DNA of 57,701 bases from Minisyncoccota bacterium (GCA_036517115.1 DATDYB010000010.1:1-57701); one strand, 5' to 3'; counted from the first letter of the stretch, positions 15,122-25,710 are shown. Notes: generated from the sequence alone by a model not told the origin. Numbers and translations: made by a program.

Positions 15122-16150
15122 TTAGAATGGGTTTTTTGCTCCACGAATCTCGAAGTGCACATGTGAGCCGGTTGATTTACCTGTTGAACCCATGAGAGCG
15201 ATGGTTTGACCTTGCTTCACCATCTGTCCCACAGTCACCAAGTTAGCCTTGGTGTGAGCGTAGAGAGTTTGGGTACCATTACCATGAGAAATAACGACAT
15301 AGTTACCGTAGCCAGTATTCCAGCCACCCGTCTTGGCAATAATGACGGTTCCACCTGCAGCGGCGTAAATCGGTGTACCAAGGGAGGCAGCAAGATCCAC
15401 ACCATTGTATCCGTGAATGCCTTGTGACTTATGTCCACCAACGACAGGACGCATGTAATATCCAGAATATGTGGGAAGTCCTTTGCGACCTGGTACGGTA
15501 GGTGTCTTAACTTGTTCGATCTCTCCGTCTGGAATAGTGACATCTTCACCAACAACGAGCACAGCTCCCCGCACAAGTCCGTTGTATTCGATGATCTCTC
15601 CAATGTCAGCTTTATATTTAGCAGCAAGCGACTCAATAGTGTCGCCCTTCTTGATCGTATGACGAACACCTGAAACAGGAAGGATGATGAGGGTTTGTCC
15701 TACCAACAGTCTCTTATCTGACTTCACTTCGTTCGCCCACATGATGGTATTAACGCTCACCCCGAACATTTGAGCAATGCCTCCGAGTGTATCACCTTCG
15801 CGCACTACGTAAATAGAAATGGTATCACTGTGATGATCTTCGATATCCGCAAGAGTCCCTGAGGGACCAGTTTCCGGGAGTAGGGCGCTACCGACAATGG
15901 TAATCTCACCACCTCCTTTTGAAGGATTAGGGTCTGGGTTAACCGCGGCCTGCAATAAAGCCATGGTCTGAGAATTTGGGATATTTTCCTCTATCACCAC
16001 CTTACTTTTCCCAAAGATGTCTGAAACAAAGGAAAAAACCCCAGCGTGAGCTTCAAAAGGAAGGCTCACGACGGTTATTAGCATAAAGAGCTTTATGGTT
16101 AAAAGCCCGAGAAATATTGACCATTTAAATTGCTTTGAATGAGTTTGCAA
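15122..16150 (-). CDS. LysM-domain M23 metallopeptidase
   Basis: N-terminal TM, two LysM repeats (YVVREGDTLGGIAQMF.., HTIKKGDTIESLAAKY..), and M23 motifs (HGYNGVDLAA, GSTGKSTGSHVHFE). Confidence 0.92.
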   Translation of the reverse strand: MQTHSKQFKWSIFLGLLTIKLFMLITVVSLPFEAHAGVFSFVSDIFGKSKVVIEENIPNSQTMALLQAAVNPDPNPSKGGGEITIVGSALLPETGPSGTLADIEDHHSDTISIYVVREGDTLGGIAQMFGVSVNTIMWANEVKSDKRLLVGQTLIILPVSGVRHTIKKGDTIESLAAKYKADIGEIIEYNGLVRGAVLVVGEDVTIPDGEIEQVKTPTVPGRKGLPTYSGYYMRPVVGGHKSQGIHGYNGVDLAASLGTPIYAAAGGTVIIAKTGGWNTGYGNYVVISHGNGTQTLYAHTKANLVTVGQMVKQGQTIALMGSTGKSTGSHVHFEIRGAKNPF

Positions 16151-16431
16151 ATTAGGTGTGAAATTATCAAGCGTTCCGTAAAAAAAGGGCCCAACAGAGC
16201 CATTTTCAAGCTTTCATTTTCTGTATACGCTCTCAATCATAGCCCCCCACCCCTAAAAGTCAACGAAGGTAATCCACAGCTCGTTATTGTAGAGTTACAA
16301 AACCCTTATCCAATCACAGTATTTGACATATTTACAATATTCATTTTGAATACTTTTTCCCCTGGTCCGACAAAATATCCATATTTAAGGCCATTTTTCG
16401 CATATCCACTCGCCCGTGATACTATTCACTG

Positions 16432-18411
16432 GTGAAGCCATACTTAGAAGAACTGAACCTAGAGCAACGAAAAGCAGTACTCCAAACCCAAGGACCAGTA
16501 CTTATCGTCGCTGGAGCCGGGGCAGGGAAGACTAAAACCATCACCCACCGCATCCTTCACCTCATCAAGGAAGGGGTACATCCCAATGAAATTCTTGCCA
16601 TTACCTTCACCAACAAAGCAGCGAAAGAAATGAGAGAGAGGGTGTACGAACTTCTAACAGGAGATAGGGGATTAAATCTTCCAGTGTCTGCGTTCCCTCC
16701 CGCGAGCCACCACCTACAAGCTTCAAGCTTCCCCTTCATGAGCACCTTTCACTCCCTTGGCGTACACATCATCAAGGAAAACGCGGAACATGTGGGCGTC
16801 CCGCGCCATTTCAGTATTTTCGACAAAGCCGACGGCAAGCGAGCAGTTAAGGAGGCGATGGAGCGTGCAGATGTTGATCCCAAACAATTTGATCCGGGAA
16901 AAATCCAGAATGCCATCTCACGACAAAAAGGAAACATGGTTTCAGAAAGCCGCTTTAACGCGGGAGGGGGGAGAGACTATTTTGCGGATATCGTTGGAGA
17001 GGTGTGGACGAGGTACGAAGAAATATTAAAAAAAGAAAAAGCCCTCGACTTCGACGACTTACTTTTGAAAACTGCTGAGCTTCTACAAAGCAATAAAGAA
17101 GTGCGCGAACGATATCAGAAACAGTGGCGATACATTCACATCGACGAATATCAAGACACGAACAAAGTACAGTACATGATCGCCAAGCTCCTTGCAGAAG
17201 AGCATAGAAATATCTGCGTAGTGGGAGACGCCGACCAAATGATCTACAGCTGGCGAGGTGCGGACATCACGAATATTCTTAACTTTGAAAAAGATTATCC
17301 TGAAGCAGTCGTTATCCTGCTTGAAGAAAATTATCGATCAACTCAGACCATCCTCACCGCCGCTAACCGTATTATAGAAAAAAACGTAATGCGCAAAGAG
17401 AAACGTCTTTTCACAAAAAATCCCGAAGGTGAAAAATTGGGCCTGAACATTCTCCATAATGAAACCGAGGAGGCTCGGACGATTACCGAAAAAGCAAAAG
17501 AGCTCATCGAGTCAGGCTCGGAACCTCGTGAGATCGCGGTATTGTACCGCGCCAACTTTCAATCACGTGTACTTGAAGAAGCCTTTATTCTAAAAGAAGT
17601 TCCGTACCAAATTTTAGGCACGCGTTTCTTCGACCGCAAGGAAGTTAAAGACTTACTTTCGTTCCTCCGCGCCGCCCTCAACCCTGAAAGTCTGGGGGAT
17701 CTAAAACGAATCATCAACATCCCCGCTCGAGGCATTGGTAAAGTATCACTGTTAAAAATATTTGCGGGAAAAGAACATGAACTACCGGTGGCTATGCGAG
17801 AAAAAATGATCAAATTTAGGGCCCTACTTGGCCGCATCAGAGAAGTTGCCTTGAAAGAGAAGCCGTCTGTTACCATTAAATTCATCATGAAGGAGAGCGG
17901 CATCGAACCTACCTGGAGGGACGGGTCCGAAGAGGAGCAGGAGCGACTGGAGAACGTGCGTGAGCTCGTTACGCTCGCTTCTAAATACGACATCACGGAA
18001 GGCGAGGAGGGAGTGGAAAAGCTTTTAAGTGACGCGGCTCTTGCCACGGATCAGGATGAGCTTATGAAAGACAAGAACGCAGTCAAACTCATGACAGTGC
18101 ACTCGTCGAAAGGCCTCGAATTCGACCAGGTCTTTATCCCCGGGCTTGAAGCGGATTTGTTTCCTCACAAACGTTTTAACGAAGATGAGATTAACGATAG
18201 CGAAGCTGAGGAAGAGCGGCGGTTGTTTTACGTCGCGCTTACCAGAGCACGAAAAAATGTATTCCTTTCGTATGCCATCGTACGTACCATTTTCGGTGCG
18301 CAGAAGGTCAACGCACCATCAGAATTTTTGAACGAACTTGATAAGGATCTTGTGGAGGGGGAGGAGTATGAGGCACCGAGGGGAGTCAAGGCGATCTTTA
18401 TCGACTTCTAA
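16432..18411 (+). CDS. pcrA: UvrD/PcrA-family ATP-dependent DNA helicase
   Basis: GAGAGKTKT, DEYQDTN, VGDADQMIYSWRGA, LEENYRST, TVHSSKGLEF and YVALTRARK are SF1 motifs. GTG start. Confidence 0.93.
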   Translation: MKPYLEELNLEQRKAVLQTQGPVLIVAGAGAGKTKTITHRILHLIKEGVHPNEILAITFTNKAAKEMRERVYELLTGDRGLNLPVSAFPPASHHLQASSFPFMSTFHSLGVHIIKENAEHVGVPRHFSIFDKADGKRAVKEAMERADVDPKQFDPGKIQNAISRQKGNMVSESRFNAGGGRDYFADIVGEVWTRYEEILKKEKALDFDDLLLKTAELLQSNKEVRERYQKQWRYIHIDEYQDTNKVQYMIAKLLAEEHRNICVVGDADQMIYSWRGADITNILNFEKDYPEAVVILLEENYRSTQTILTAANRIIEKNVMRKEKRLFTKNPEGEKLGLNILHNETEEARTITEKAKELIESGSEPREIAVLYRANFQSRVLEEAFILKEVPYQILGTRFFDRKEVKDLLSFLRAALNPESLGDLKRIINIPARGIGKVSLLKIFAGKEHELPVAMREKMIKFRALLGRIREVALKEKPSVTIKFIMKESGIEPTWRDGSEEEQERLENVRELVTLASKYDITEGEEGVEKLLSDAALATDQDELMKDKNAVKLMTVHSSKGLEFDQVFIPGLEADLFPHKRFNEDEINDSEAEEERRLFYVALTRARKNVFLSYAIVRTIFGAQKVNAPSEFLNELDKDLVEGEEYEAPRGVKAIFIDF

Positions 18412-18463
18412 TATAAAAAATTTAAAATGAACCCATCTACTTTGTTGCCGACTCCGCTTGCTC

Positions 18464-18662
18464 CCTTACAGGGACTGTCCACTCATTGGGATTTCAGAAA
18501 ATCCTCAATGAGTCTTGCGGAAGCTCCAAGCATTCGCTTCCTCACATGCACAGTACTATTCGTACAGTTTGGTCGCAATTCCTTACAGGAACTGTACACC
18601 TTTTGGATACTTCAGAAAGTATCACAAAAGGTCTTGCGGTGCTTCCAGTGGTCACACCTCAC
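18464..18662 (+). repeat. tandem pair of ~82-nt structured repeat units (family 2, orientation b)
   Basis: Units 18464-18545 and 18581-18662: CCTTACAGG-N-ACTGT-N-CAC, a variable hairpin (loop TCAGAAA), then GTCTTGCGG... They are the reverse complement of the units at 2528-2741. Confidence 0.7.
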
Positions 18663-18706
18663 TCGCCGGCGCCTCGTATCTGGATCCATTTAAAAATTTT
18701 TATACT

Positions 18707-19498
18707 ATGAATTTAATTCCAAAAAAGTCGTTAGGGCAAAATTTTCTCACTTCACAAGGTGCTTTGAATATGATTGTCGAGGCGGCCGATCTTCATCCAC
18801 ACAACATTATTCTCGAAGTAGGCCCCGGAAAGGGCGCTCTCACAGAGAAACTCTTGGTTCGGGACGTGAAAGTTATTACTGTAGAAAAAGATGACCGACT
18901 CATTCCTTTTTTAAAAGAACGTTTCTCTGAGGAAATTCGGGAGGAGAAACTTATACTCGTTCACCAAGACATTTTAAACTTCGATCCCGCCTCATACGGA
19001 CTGACAACGGGGAGCTACAAAATTGTCGCTAACATTCCGTACTACATCACCGGAGCGTTTATACGAAGATTTCTGGAAACACCAGCGCAACCCGGCCACA
19101 TGGTGATTTTGGTGCAAAAAGAGGTGGCGCAGCGCATTATCGCAAAGGACGGAAAGGAGAGCCTCTTTTCAATAAGCGTAAAAGCTTTCGGCATGCCTAA
19201 ATATATAGAAACTGTTAAAGCGGGGAGTTTCAGTCCGGCACCAAATGTTGATTCTGCCATTCTTTCTATAAGCCACATTTCTAAGGATTTCTTTAAAAAC
19301 TGCGAAGCGGAGGCTTTTTTTAAGGTGATTCATGCGGGATTTGCCCATAAACGCAAGCAACTAGGGGGTAACCTTACAGCCCTTGCACCCAAAGAAAAAG
19401 TGGCTTCCGTGTTGGAACAGCTTGGAATTTCCCCAAAAACTCGCGCGGAAGACCTTACGCTTGAGCAGTGGAAACAAATAGCTCAACACCTCCACTAA
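18707..19498 (+). CDS. rsmA: 16S rRNA (adenine1518/1519-N6)-dimethyltransferase
   Basis: KKSLGQNFL, EVGPGKGALT and NIPYYIT motifs. ATG18707 is used; the track start 18515 runs through the repeat units. Confidence 0.92.
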   Translation: MNLIPKKSLGQNFLTSQGALNMIVEAADLHPHNIILEVGPGKGALTEKLLVRDVKVITVEKDDRLIPFLKERFSEEIREEKLILVHQDILNFDPASYGLTTGSYKIVANIPYYITGAFIRRFLETPAQPGHMVILVQKEVAQRIIAKDGKESLFSISVKAFGMPKYIETVKAGSFSPAPNVDSAILSISHISKDFFKNCEAEAFFKVIHAGFAHKRKQLGGNLTALAPKEKVASVLEQLGISPKTRAEDLTLEQWKQIAQHLH

Positions 19499-19504
19499 AA
19501 ACTC

Positions 19505-19687
19505 ACTACTTCACAATTTTTCAACCCCGAGACGCCTATCTTCGCAAAGCTACAGTGTTTTTCTTGACGGAAAATGGACAACTCCCTCCGGTCGGCCCTT
19601 CGGAGACTCAGGACTGAATCCATTTTCCTAAAAAACTCCCTGCTTTGCAGAATTTAGGCTATTTAGGTTAAAAAATTGTGAAGTAGT
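19505..19687 (+). repeat. nested-hairpin element copy B
   Basis: Outer arms ACTACTTCACAATTTTTCAACC / GGTTAAAAAATTGTGAAGTAGT. Same conserved core as copy A. Confidence 0.85.
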
Positions 19688-19738
19688 TCGTCCTCCTCGA
19701 CCAAGCGATCCAGGATCCAGTTTGTCGTTGGAGCGAGC

Positions 19739-19912
19739 CCATCAAAAAATTTCCACCTAAACAGTGAGCATTCTGCAAAGTAACGAGCTTTTTAGGAAAA
19801 TTGGGTTGTGTGAGCTTCTCCATTCTGATGGAGGGCGAGTTCCCAATTTTCCGTAAAGAAAAGTGAGTGTACTTTGTGAAGGCGAGCGTTCGGGGGTGGA
19901 AATTTTTGATGG
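19739..19912 (-). repeat. nested-hairpin element copy C (inverted relative to B)
   Basis: The reverse complement reads CCATCAAAAATTTCCACC-CCCGAACGC...ACTCACTTTTCTTTACGGAAAATTGGG...CCCAATTTTCCTAAAAAG...GGTGGAAATTTTTTGATGG. Confidence 0.85.
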
Positions 19913-19994
19913 ACGAGCGCACTTTATCAACAGTTTTTAAACAGCTTATCCTGATATAATTGACATCAGAATTCTGTAAAAATTCCGTAAAATC

Positions 19995-20978
19995 TTGGCT
20001 AGAATCAGCGCAAAAAGAGTTGCCATCATCGCAACCTCAATTATCGTACTTGGAGGTATTTTTATGCTGGCAACATATCAAAAACCTGCCGATAAAGTAC
20101 TTTCCTTCACCCAAACAACTCAAAGTGAGACTGAAAAGGCGTTCAAAACGCTCACAGAGAAAGATGCTGACGGTGATACCCTCAAAGATTGGGAGGAAGC
20201 GCTCTGGAAAACAGACATCAACGACCCTGACACCGACAAGGACGGTGCGCCTGACGGGGAAGAGGTAACTCTCGGGAGAAATCCAACCGTTAAAGGCCCG
20301 AACGATAAGCTCCTCGATCACCCCCTCGGAAGCACCACAATATTTAAAAATGATGTGAGCCTTAGCGCCACCGACCGATTCGCTCGCGACGTATTCACTC
20401 GTTACATGTCCCTTAAACAAGCCGGGGTGCCTGTGGGAACCGACGAGCAGGTCAACATTGCCAATTCGATCGCGGAGGAATACGACAGCTCGATCGAATT
20501 CAAGCGCTACAAAACCACGGATATTAAAATCGGAGTGAGTGATACTGCAGAAACGATCAAACAGTATGGAAATATTTTGGGTCACATCATCACCACCTAT
20601 GCGGTGAGCTCCCGAAACGAGGGAATCATCCTTAAAGATGCTTTAGAAAATGATAACCCTGATACTTTAAAGGAGCTTGATCCCATCATCAAGGGATACG
20701 AACAATATCTCAGTCAATTCCTGCTCGTGCAGGTACCTCCTTCTGCTTTGTCGTTGCACCTGAAACTTCTGAACACCCTGAGTGAGCTCATTGGTACGGT
20801 GAAGGGTATGAAGCTCGTCTTCACCGATTCATTGCAGTCTCTTATCAGTCTCAAGGGTTATCAGGGCATAGCCCTTAATCTCTATAACGATCTCTTGGAT
20901 CTGCAGAAATATTTTCTTAGTAAAAAAATCGACTACGTGATGGGTGAAGCGGGGTATGTGTTTATGCGACAACAATGA
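19995..20978 (+). CDS. membrane-anchored protein with thrombospondin-type-3-like Asp-rich repeats
   Basis: N-terminal TM (VAIIATSIIVLGGIFMLA) and DADGDTLKDWEE..DINDPDTDKDGAPDGEE. TTG start from the track, so the start is uncertain. First gene of the T4SS-like operon. Confidence 0.6.
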   Translation: MARISAKRVAIIATSIIVLGGIFMLATYQKPADKVLSFTQTTQSETEKAFKTLTEKDADGDTLKDWEEALWKTDINDPDTDKDGAPDGEEVTLGRNPTVKGPNDKLLDHPLGSTTIFKNDVSLSATDRFARDVFTRYMSLKQAGVPVGTDEQVNIANSIAEEYDSSIEFKRYKTTDIKIGVSDTAETIKQYGNILGHIITTYAVSSRNEGIILKDALENDNPDTLKELDPIIKGYEQYLSQFLLVQVPPSALSLHLKLLNTLSELIGTVKGMKLVFTDSLQSLISLKGYQGIALNLYNDLLDLQKYFLSKKIDYVMGEAGYVFMRQQ

Positions 20979-22600
20979 AACATTATTACTACAAAAAAGT
21001 AATAGCATTATTTTTGGTACTCTCTTTTATCTTACCTTCAGTCGCAATGTTACGTACTCAAAAAGCTGAGGCAATATTCGGGGTGGGAGATGTCGTCTTC
21101 GACATAACCAACACCTTTCAGAACGCCATGACCGCCGTAAGCACTGCGGCATCAAGCATTTCAGCTTATTTCTTACAATACAAAGAAGGGGTGCTTGATC
21201 CAATAGCTTACTTCATCGCCAAAGCAATCATTCGTCAGCTCACTGCAAGTATTGTGGACTGGATCAACTCAGGTTTTGAAGGCAACCCATCCTTCATTTC
21301 CGACCCAGGCGGTTTCTTTGTCGACCTCGCAGATCAGGAAATCGGGCGCTTTATCGAGGGAAATTCGGATTTGAATTTTCTTTGCCAGCCATTCAGTATC
21401 GACATCCGACTTGCTCTAGCGCTTCGGTATTCACCGTTCAAGCGAAAAATTACCTGTACACTCTCAGGTGCCTTTAAAAATGCGAAAGGGGCAGTGGATG
21501 GATTTACTGGTGGGAATTTCGCACAAGGCGGATGGCAGGGGTGGATCTCACTTACCGAAGAGCCGCAGAATAACTACATCGGAGCATACATTGAGTCTAG
21601 GAATGAGCTCGAGGTGCGCATTGGCAACAAGCAGCTGACGAAAACCAAAGAAGCGTCCTGGAACAACGGCTTCCTTTCTTGGGAAAAGTGCAGTGGCAAA
21701 GATACTCAAGCCGCCCAAGTATTGCGAGATGATATCAAACGCTACAACGACGGTACGAGCCAATACGAACACGAGCTTATCGTTGCTAAAGACGAACTTA
21801 AAAAAGTTGAGAAATCTGGTTGCGAGACACAGACTCCCGGCAAGGTCATCTCGGACGGACTTTCAAACACTCTCGGCAGCCCTTTGCGCCAGCTTGAGCT
21901 CGCCGACGAGTTTAACGAAATCATCAACGCGCTCCTCGTGCAGATGTTGAAACAAGTGCTTGGACCAGGAGATGGACTCCGGGGCACCAGTGGCAAAGGC
22001 GCAGGAGACACGAGCTCAATTCTTTATCGTCTTGAAAACGAGAAGACGGCGGAAGAAACAGCGGCGCTCGAGAAAATAAAGATTGAGGCACTCAAGGGTA
22101 TTGTTAAGTCGATTGATGAGGAAACGAGGTACAAAACTAATCTAGACAACACACTAAACACATTTATTGGATCTAAAACCCTGCTTGAGTCCGTCAAAGC
22201 TTGCTACCAGACGAAACTTACCCGACCAACAACCACCCTCACGGTAAACCAAATTTCATTTGCCAACGGCCGCATCGCTGATACGGATCGGGTCATTGCT
22301 GAAAAAATCACCCCTCGAGCATCACCACTTCTTGGTAGAATCGAAGCGCTGCAAAGCCTCTTGGTCACACTAATAACGATTGAGACCAACGTTAAGACTG
22401 GAACAACCGTAAACGAAGTGGTGGTGGACGGTACCAGCGCTTACGAAAAGTTAATCTCTGAGAAGAAACTCCACACCATTGTTGAAATCGAAACGGCCGG
22501 TGCTGAAAAAGACGACATCGTGAAAGAGATGGATAAACTTAACAATGAGACCAATCTCAAAATGAAGGAATGTCAACTCTTTCCAGCAAACGGCGTATAA
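20975..22600 (+). CDS. large exported hypothetical protein of the T4SS-like operon
   Basis: N-terminal TM/signal (VIALFLVLSFILPSVAML). ATGA overlap with the preceding gene. Confidence 0.7.
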   Translation: MKHYYYKKVIALFLVLSFILPSVAMLRTQKAEAIFGVGDVVFDITNTFQNAMTAVSTAASSISAYFLQYKEGVLDPIAYFIAKAIIRQLTASIVDWINSGFEGNPSFISDPGGFFVDLADQEIGRFIEGNSDLNFLCQPFSIDIRLALALRYSPFKRKITCTLSGAFKNAKGAVDGFTGGNFAQGGWQGWISLTEEPQNNYIGAYIESRNELEVRIGNKQLTKTKEASWNNGFLSWEKCSGKDTQAAQVLRDDIKRYNDGTSQYEHELIVAKDELKKVEKSGCETQTPGKVISDGLSNTLGSPLRQLELADEFNEIINALLVQMLKQVLGPGDGLRGTSGKGAGDTSSILYRLENEKTAEETAALEKIKIEALKGIVKSIDEETRYKTNLDNTLNTFIGSKTLLESVKACYQTKLTRPTTTLTVNQISFANGRIADTDRVIAEKITPRASPLLGRIEALQSLLVTLITIETNVKTGTTVNEVVVDGTSAYEKLISEKKLHTIVEIETAGAEKDDIVKEMDKLNNETNLKMKECQLFPANGV

Positions 22601-22602
22601 CC

Positions 22603-24531
22603 ATGAAAAAAATCATCCCTGGCATTATCATAGTGATCCTCCTCCTTACACTCTCGTACGGATGCTTTGGTACGCACGCGGCTGATGCACAAGTTATCGG
22701 CTGGTTCGAGAACAAAGCTATTGAGGGCATCGGCACCTGGGCGGGTAACACCGTACTTGGACTTATGAGCAAGGCGATATTCCTTACCGGCATGCTCCTG
22801 AACGCCTCGATCGCCCAGACGATGAATATCTCCGGGCTGGTCGCCAGCATCCCGTCGATCGAGCTCGCATGGAGAACCATACGCGACGTGGCCAGCATGT
22901 TCTTCATCTTCATTCTTCTCTACGCCGCCATCTGTAATATCCTCGACGTGGGCCACATCAAAAAGAACATTTTACCGGCCATCATCATCGCAGGACTTCT
23001 GATGAACTTCAGCATGTTCTTCACCAAAGTCATTATCGACGCTTCCAATGTTGTATCACTTGGATTCTACAAAGCGATTATCGCACCAGGCATTGAGGCT
23101 GCGAACAATAATAAAGACACATCGACGATCAAGGGAAGTATCACCGCCCTAAGCCTTATGGACGGCGGCCTTTCCCAGATCTTTATGCAGGCGCTCCGGA
23201 TTCAAACCGTGTTTGATCCGAAAACAGGAGAAGGCGGGGCCGACCTCGGAGGCGATCAATACAACAAGCTCACCCCGAAAAACGTTATCGCGAGCACGGT
23301 GATGGGCTCGATCGTGATGCTCATGGCTGCCTTTGTCTTCCTGGCCGCAGCATGCATGTTCGTCGTACGCACAGTGGTGCTCGTCCTCCTTATCACCCTT
23401 TCACCGCTCGCGTTTCTCGGCAACGTCCTGCCGCAAACAGGGGGCTTTTCGAGCAAATGGTGGAGCACGCTTACCGACCAAGCTATCTTCGCGCCCGCCT
23501 ATCTCATGCTCACCTACATAGCCATGAAAGTGGTGACCGACCCGGCGTTTAACAGAGCGATTAATGGCAACAGCGCTGACGCCACCTTTGCCAACGCATT
23601 CATGGGCGCCGGTCATGTAGGCGTCATCCTCAATTACGCCATTGTTATCGCCCTCCTCTTTGCCACTACCATTATTTCAAAACAATTTTCAGGGGATGCT
23701 GGCAAGTACGGTCTCAAAGCAGCTGAAATGGCGAAGGGCTGGACGACCAATAAACTTAAGGCTGCGGGAGCGGGAGCGTGGAAAAACACAGGTGGTCAAA
23801 TTGCTAGTAGAGTAGCGTCGAGCGAATGGTTAAAAGATAGAGCAGCTCTCAACCCTATTCTTGGAGGCGCTGCGTTGAAGGCAATGCGTGGGGTTGCAGG
23901 AGGCTATGATGAGCGTGTAAAAGATAAAGCAAAGAAACAAGAACAATTTGCTCAATCTCTCGGATATGATCGACCTCGTGTTCAAGCAATGGAGGCTCAA
24001 CTCAGAACAATGCGACAAAATCAGGCAGCCCATCGGGCTGCAGGCAACACGGCGTTGGCAAATATTATGAATGCCCCAATAGCTACCCTGGAAAGGCAGA
24101 TGGAATCAACAAAGAGGGTGCGCCAAGATACATACGCTCAAGGAATTACTCCGTACCAAACAACAACATTATGGTCAAGCGTTGGTAGAGGTAACCAAAT
24201 TGCATCTGCAAAAATTGAGATTGAATCAGTTAAAGATCAGTTGAGAATGGAAACCGCCGATCTTAACGACGCCCGAAGCAGAGTGCAGAATGGAAACAAC
24301 ACCATTCGCTCAACTAACGACGCGATAACAAAACTTCAAAATATTATAAGTACCCAAGGTGGAGGTGCGACAGCTGTCCAGGCTACCACATTAACGAACC
24401 TTCAAACACGGTTAGCACAAGAACAAACCAGGTTAAATACGGCTCAGGCTGACGAAGTTACACACCTCACCAATGTTAATAATTATCAACAACGAGTAAC
24501 ACAGTTGGAGAACACGGCTCATCCATATTAA
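22603..24531 (+). CDS. polytopic membrane protein, VirB6/TrbL-like, with Q/N/T-rich coiled-coil tail
   Basis: At least seven hydrophobic helices followed by a ~200-aa low-complexity C-terminus. Its position next to PrgI/VirB4 genes supports the call. ATG22603 follows the upstream stop by 2 nt. Confidence 0.6.
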   Translation: MKKIIPGIIIVILLLTLSYGCFGTHAADAQVIGWFENKAIEGIGTWAGNTVLGLMSKAIFLTGMLLNASIAQTMNISGLVASIPSIELAWRTIRDVASMFFIFILLYAAICNILDVGHIKKNILPAIIIAGLLMNFSMFFTKVIIDASNVVSLGFYKAIIAPGIEAANNNKDTSTIKGSITALSLMDGGLSQIFMQALRIQTVFDPKTGEGGADLGGDQYNKLTPKNVIASTVMGSIVMLMAAFVFLAAACMFVVRTVVLVLLITLSPLAFLGNVLPQTGGFSSKWWSTLTDQAIFAPAYLMLTYIAMKVVTDPAFNRAINGNSADATFANAFMGAGHVGVILNYAIVIALLFATTIISKQFSGDAGKYGLKAAEMAKGWTTNKLKAAGAGAWKNTGGQIASRVASSEWLKDRAALNPILGGAALKAMRGVAGGYDERVKDKAKKQEQFAQSLGYDRPRVQAMEAQLRTMRQNQAAHRAAGNTALANIMNAPIATLERQMESTKRVRQDTYAQGITPYQTTTLWSSVGRGNQIASAKIEIESVKDQLRMETADLNDARSRVQNGNNTIRSTNDAITKLQNIISTQGGGATAVQATTLTNLQTRLAQEQTRLNTAQADEVTHLTNVNNYQQRVTQLENTAHPY

Positions 24532-24538
24532 TACTTAT

Positions 24539-25243
24539 ATGAATCCTGACCAAAAAACCCTGGAAGAAAAATTTAAAAAGAGTCCTTTTGACACTCAAAA
24601 AGTGCTCACCTCATTAGAGGTGGCGAATAAAGTAGCGAAGATTGGAGAAGATAATGGACTAATGCTGGATAAACAATCGGATTTATTTGATGAGATTTCA
24701 TTTGTTTTACTCGGCTTAACTCACCCCAATGAGTTCATTCCACACCTAAGAAAACGACTGGGTGTTTCAGACGATGTGGTGAATAAAATTGCTGACGAAA
24801 TCAATGAACAAGTCTTCAAAGAAATCCGTGAATCGCTCAAGAAAATTCACGATAATCCTTCCTCTCTCGAGTCACATCAAGAAGCGACACCCCAAAGCAG
24901 GGAAGAGATACTGAGTGACATTGAGAATCCTGTTCCTTCGAGTGAACATAGCCGGGAAGAAACCACAAATCCACTACCGCAAGAAAATGTGCCGGTGCAA
25001 CCAACTACTCCAATGAAGGGTCCTAGAATTGAAAAACTCATTCCTGTTACCAAGGTATTCGAAGAGGACAAACCAACAACGAGCGTCCCAACCGAAACAA
25101 CCCCAGCTCCGGCAGAATTAAGTATTGCCGATGCGAAACTGAACAACCCGGTCGGCGCGCCGCGGGTGGTTGAGATACGAAAAATCCAAAACAAAGAAGA
25201 AAAGAGAGAATACAAAGCAGATCCTTATCGAGAGTCTGTGTAA
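24539..25243 (+). CDS. hypothetical protein with Pro/Thr-rich C-terminal half
   Basis: Intact ORF inside the operon. No family recognised. Confidence 0.6.
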   Translation: MNPDQKTLEEKFKKSPFDTQKVLTSLEVANKVAKIGEDNGLMLDKQSDLFDEISFVLLGLTHPNEFIPHLRKRLGVSDDVVNKIADEINEQVFKEIRESLKKIHDNPSSLESHQEATPQSREEILSDIENPVPSSEHSREETTNPLPQENVPVQPTTPMKGPRIEKLIPVTKVFEEDKPTTSVPTETTPAPAELSIADAKLNNPVGAPRVVEIRKIQNKEEKREYKADPYRESV

Positions 25244-25267
25244 CAGAGTGATATACTTTTAGAAATC

Positions 25268-25702
25268 ATGAAATTCCAGGTACCACAATTTATCGAGGTT
25301 GAAGACAAGATCTTTGGACCGCTGACCCTGAAGCAGTTCATTTACCTGGCTGGTGCAGCGGGATTCTCTTTTATCATCTATAAAATCGCACCATTCTTTA
25401 TTGGGGTAGTGCTTGTTGTGCCCATCCTGCTCTTCGGGGTAGCGCTTGCCTTTTACAAAATAAACAACAAGCCGTTTATTTTCGTAGTTGAGGCTGCCGT
25501 CAAATATTTCTTCAGTGCTAAATTGTACATTTGGAGAAAAGAGAACCGCCAAATTACACCCACTACGGGAGCGGAAGGGGAGAAAGAGTCGATGCTCTAC
25601 TTACCGAAACTCTCTAATAGTAAGCTCCGTGACCTTACCTGGAGCCTGGATATTAAAGAGGGCGTGAATCCTGGCACGGCAGAAATGAAAAATCGAGTAT
25701 AA
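25268..25702 (+). CDS. PrgI-family (VirB3-like) small membrane protein
   Basis: MKFQVPQFIEVEDKIFGPLTLKQFIYL followed by two TM helices, the signature N-terminus of PrgI-family proteins. Confidence 0.75.
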   Translation: MKFQVPQFIEVEDKIFGPLTLKQFIYLAGAAGFSFIIYKIAPFFIGVVLVVPILLFGVALAFYKINNKPFIFVVEAAVKYFFSAKLYIWRKENRQITPTTGAEGEKESMLYLPKLSNSKLRDLTWSLDIKEGVNPGTAEMKNRV

Positions 25703-25710
25703 TTACAATC

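Noticed and set aside
18427-18710. Three overlapping plus-strand ORFs, including a 64-aa N-terminal extension of RsmA (track start 18515)
   Set aside because: They run through the repeat units. RsmA has a normal N-terminus (MNLIPKKSLGQNFL) from ATG18707.
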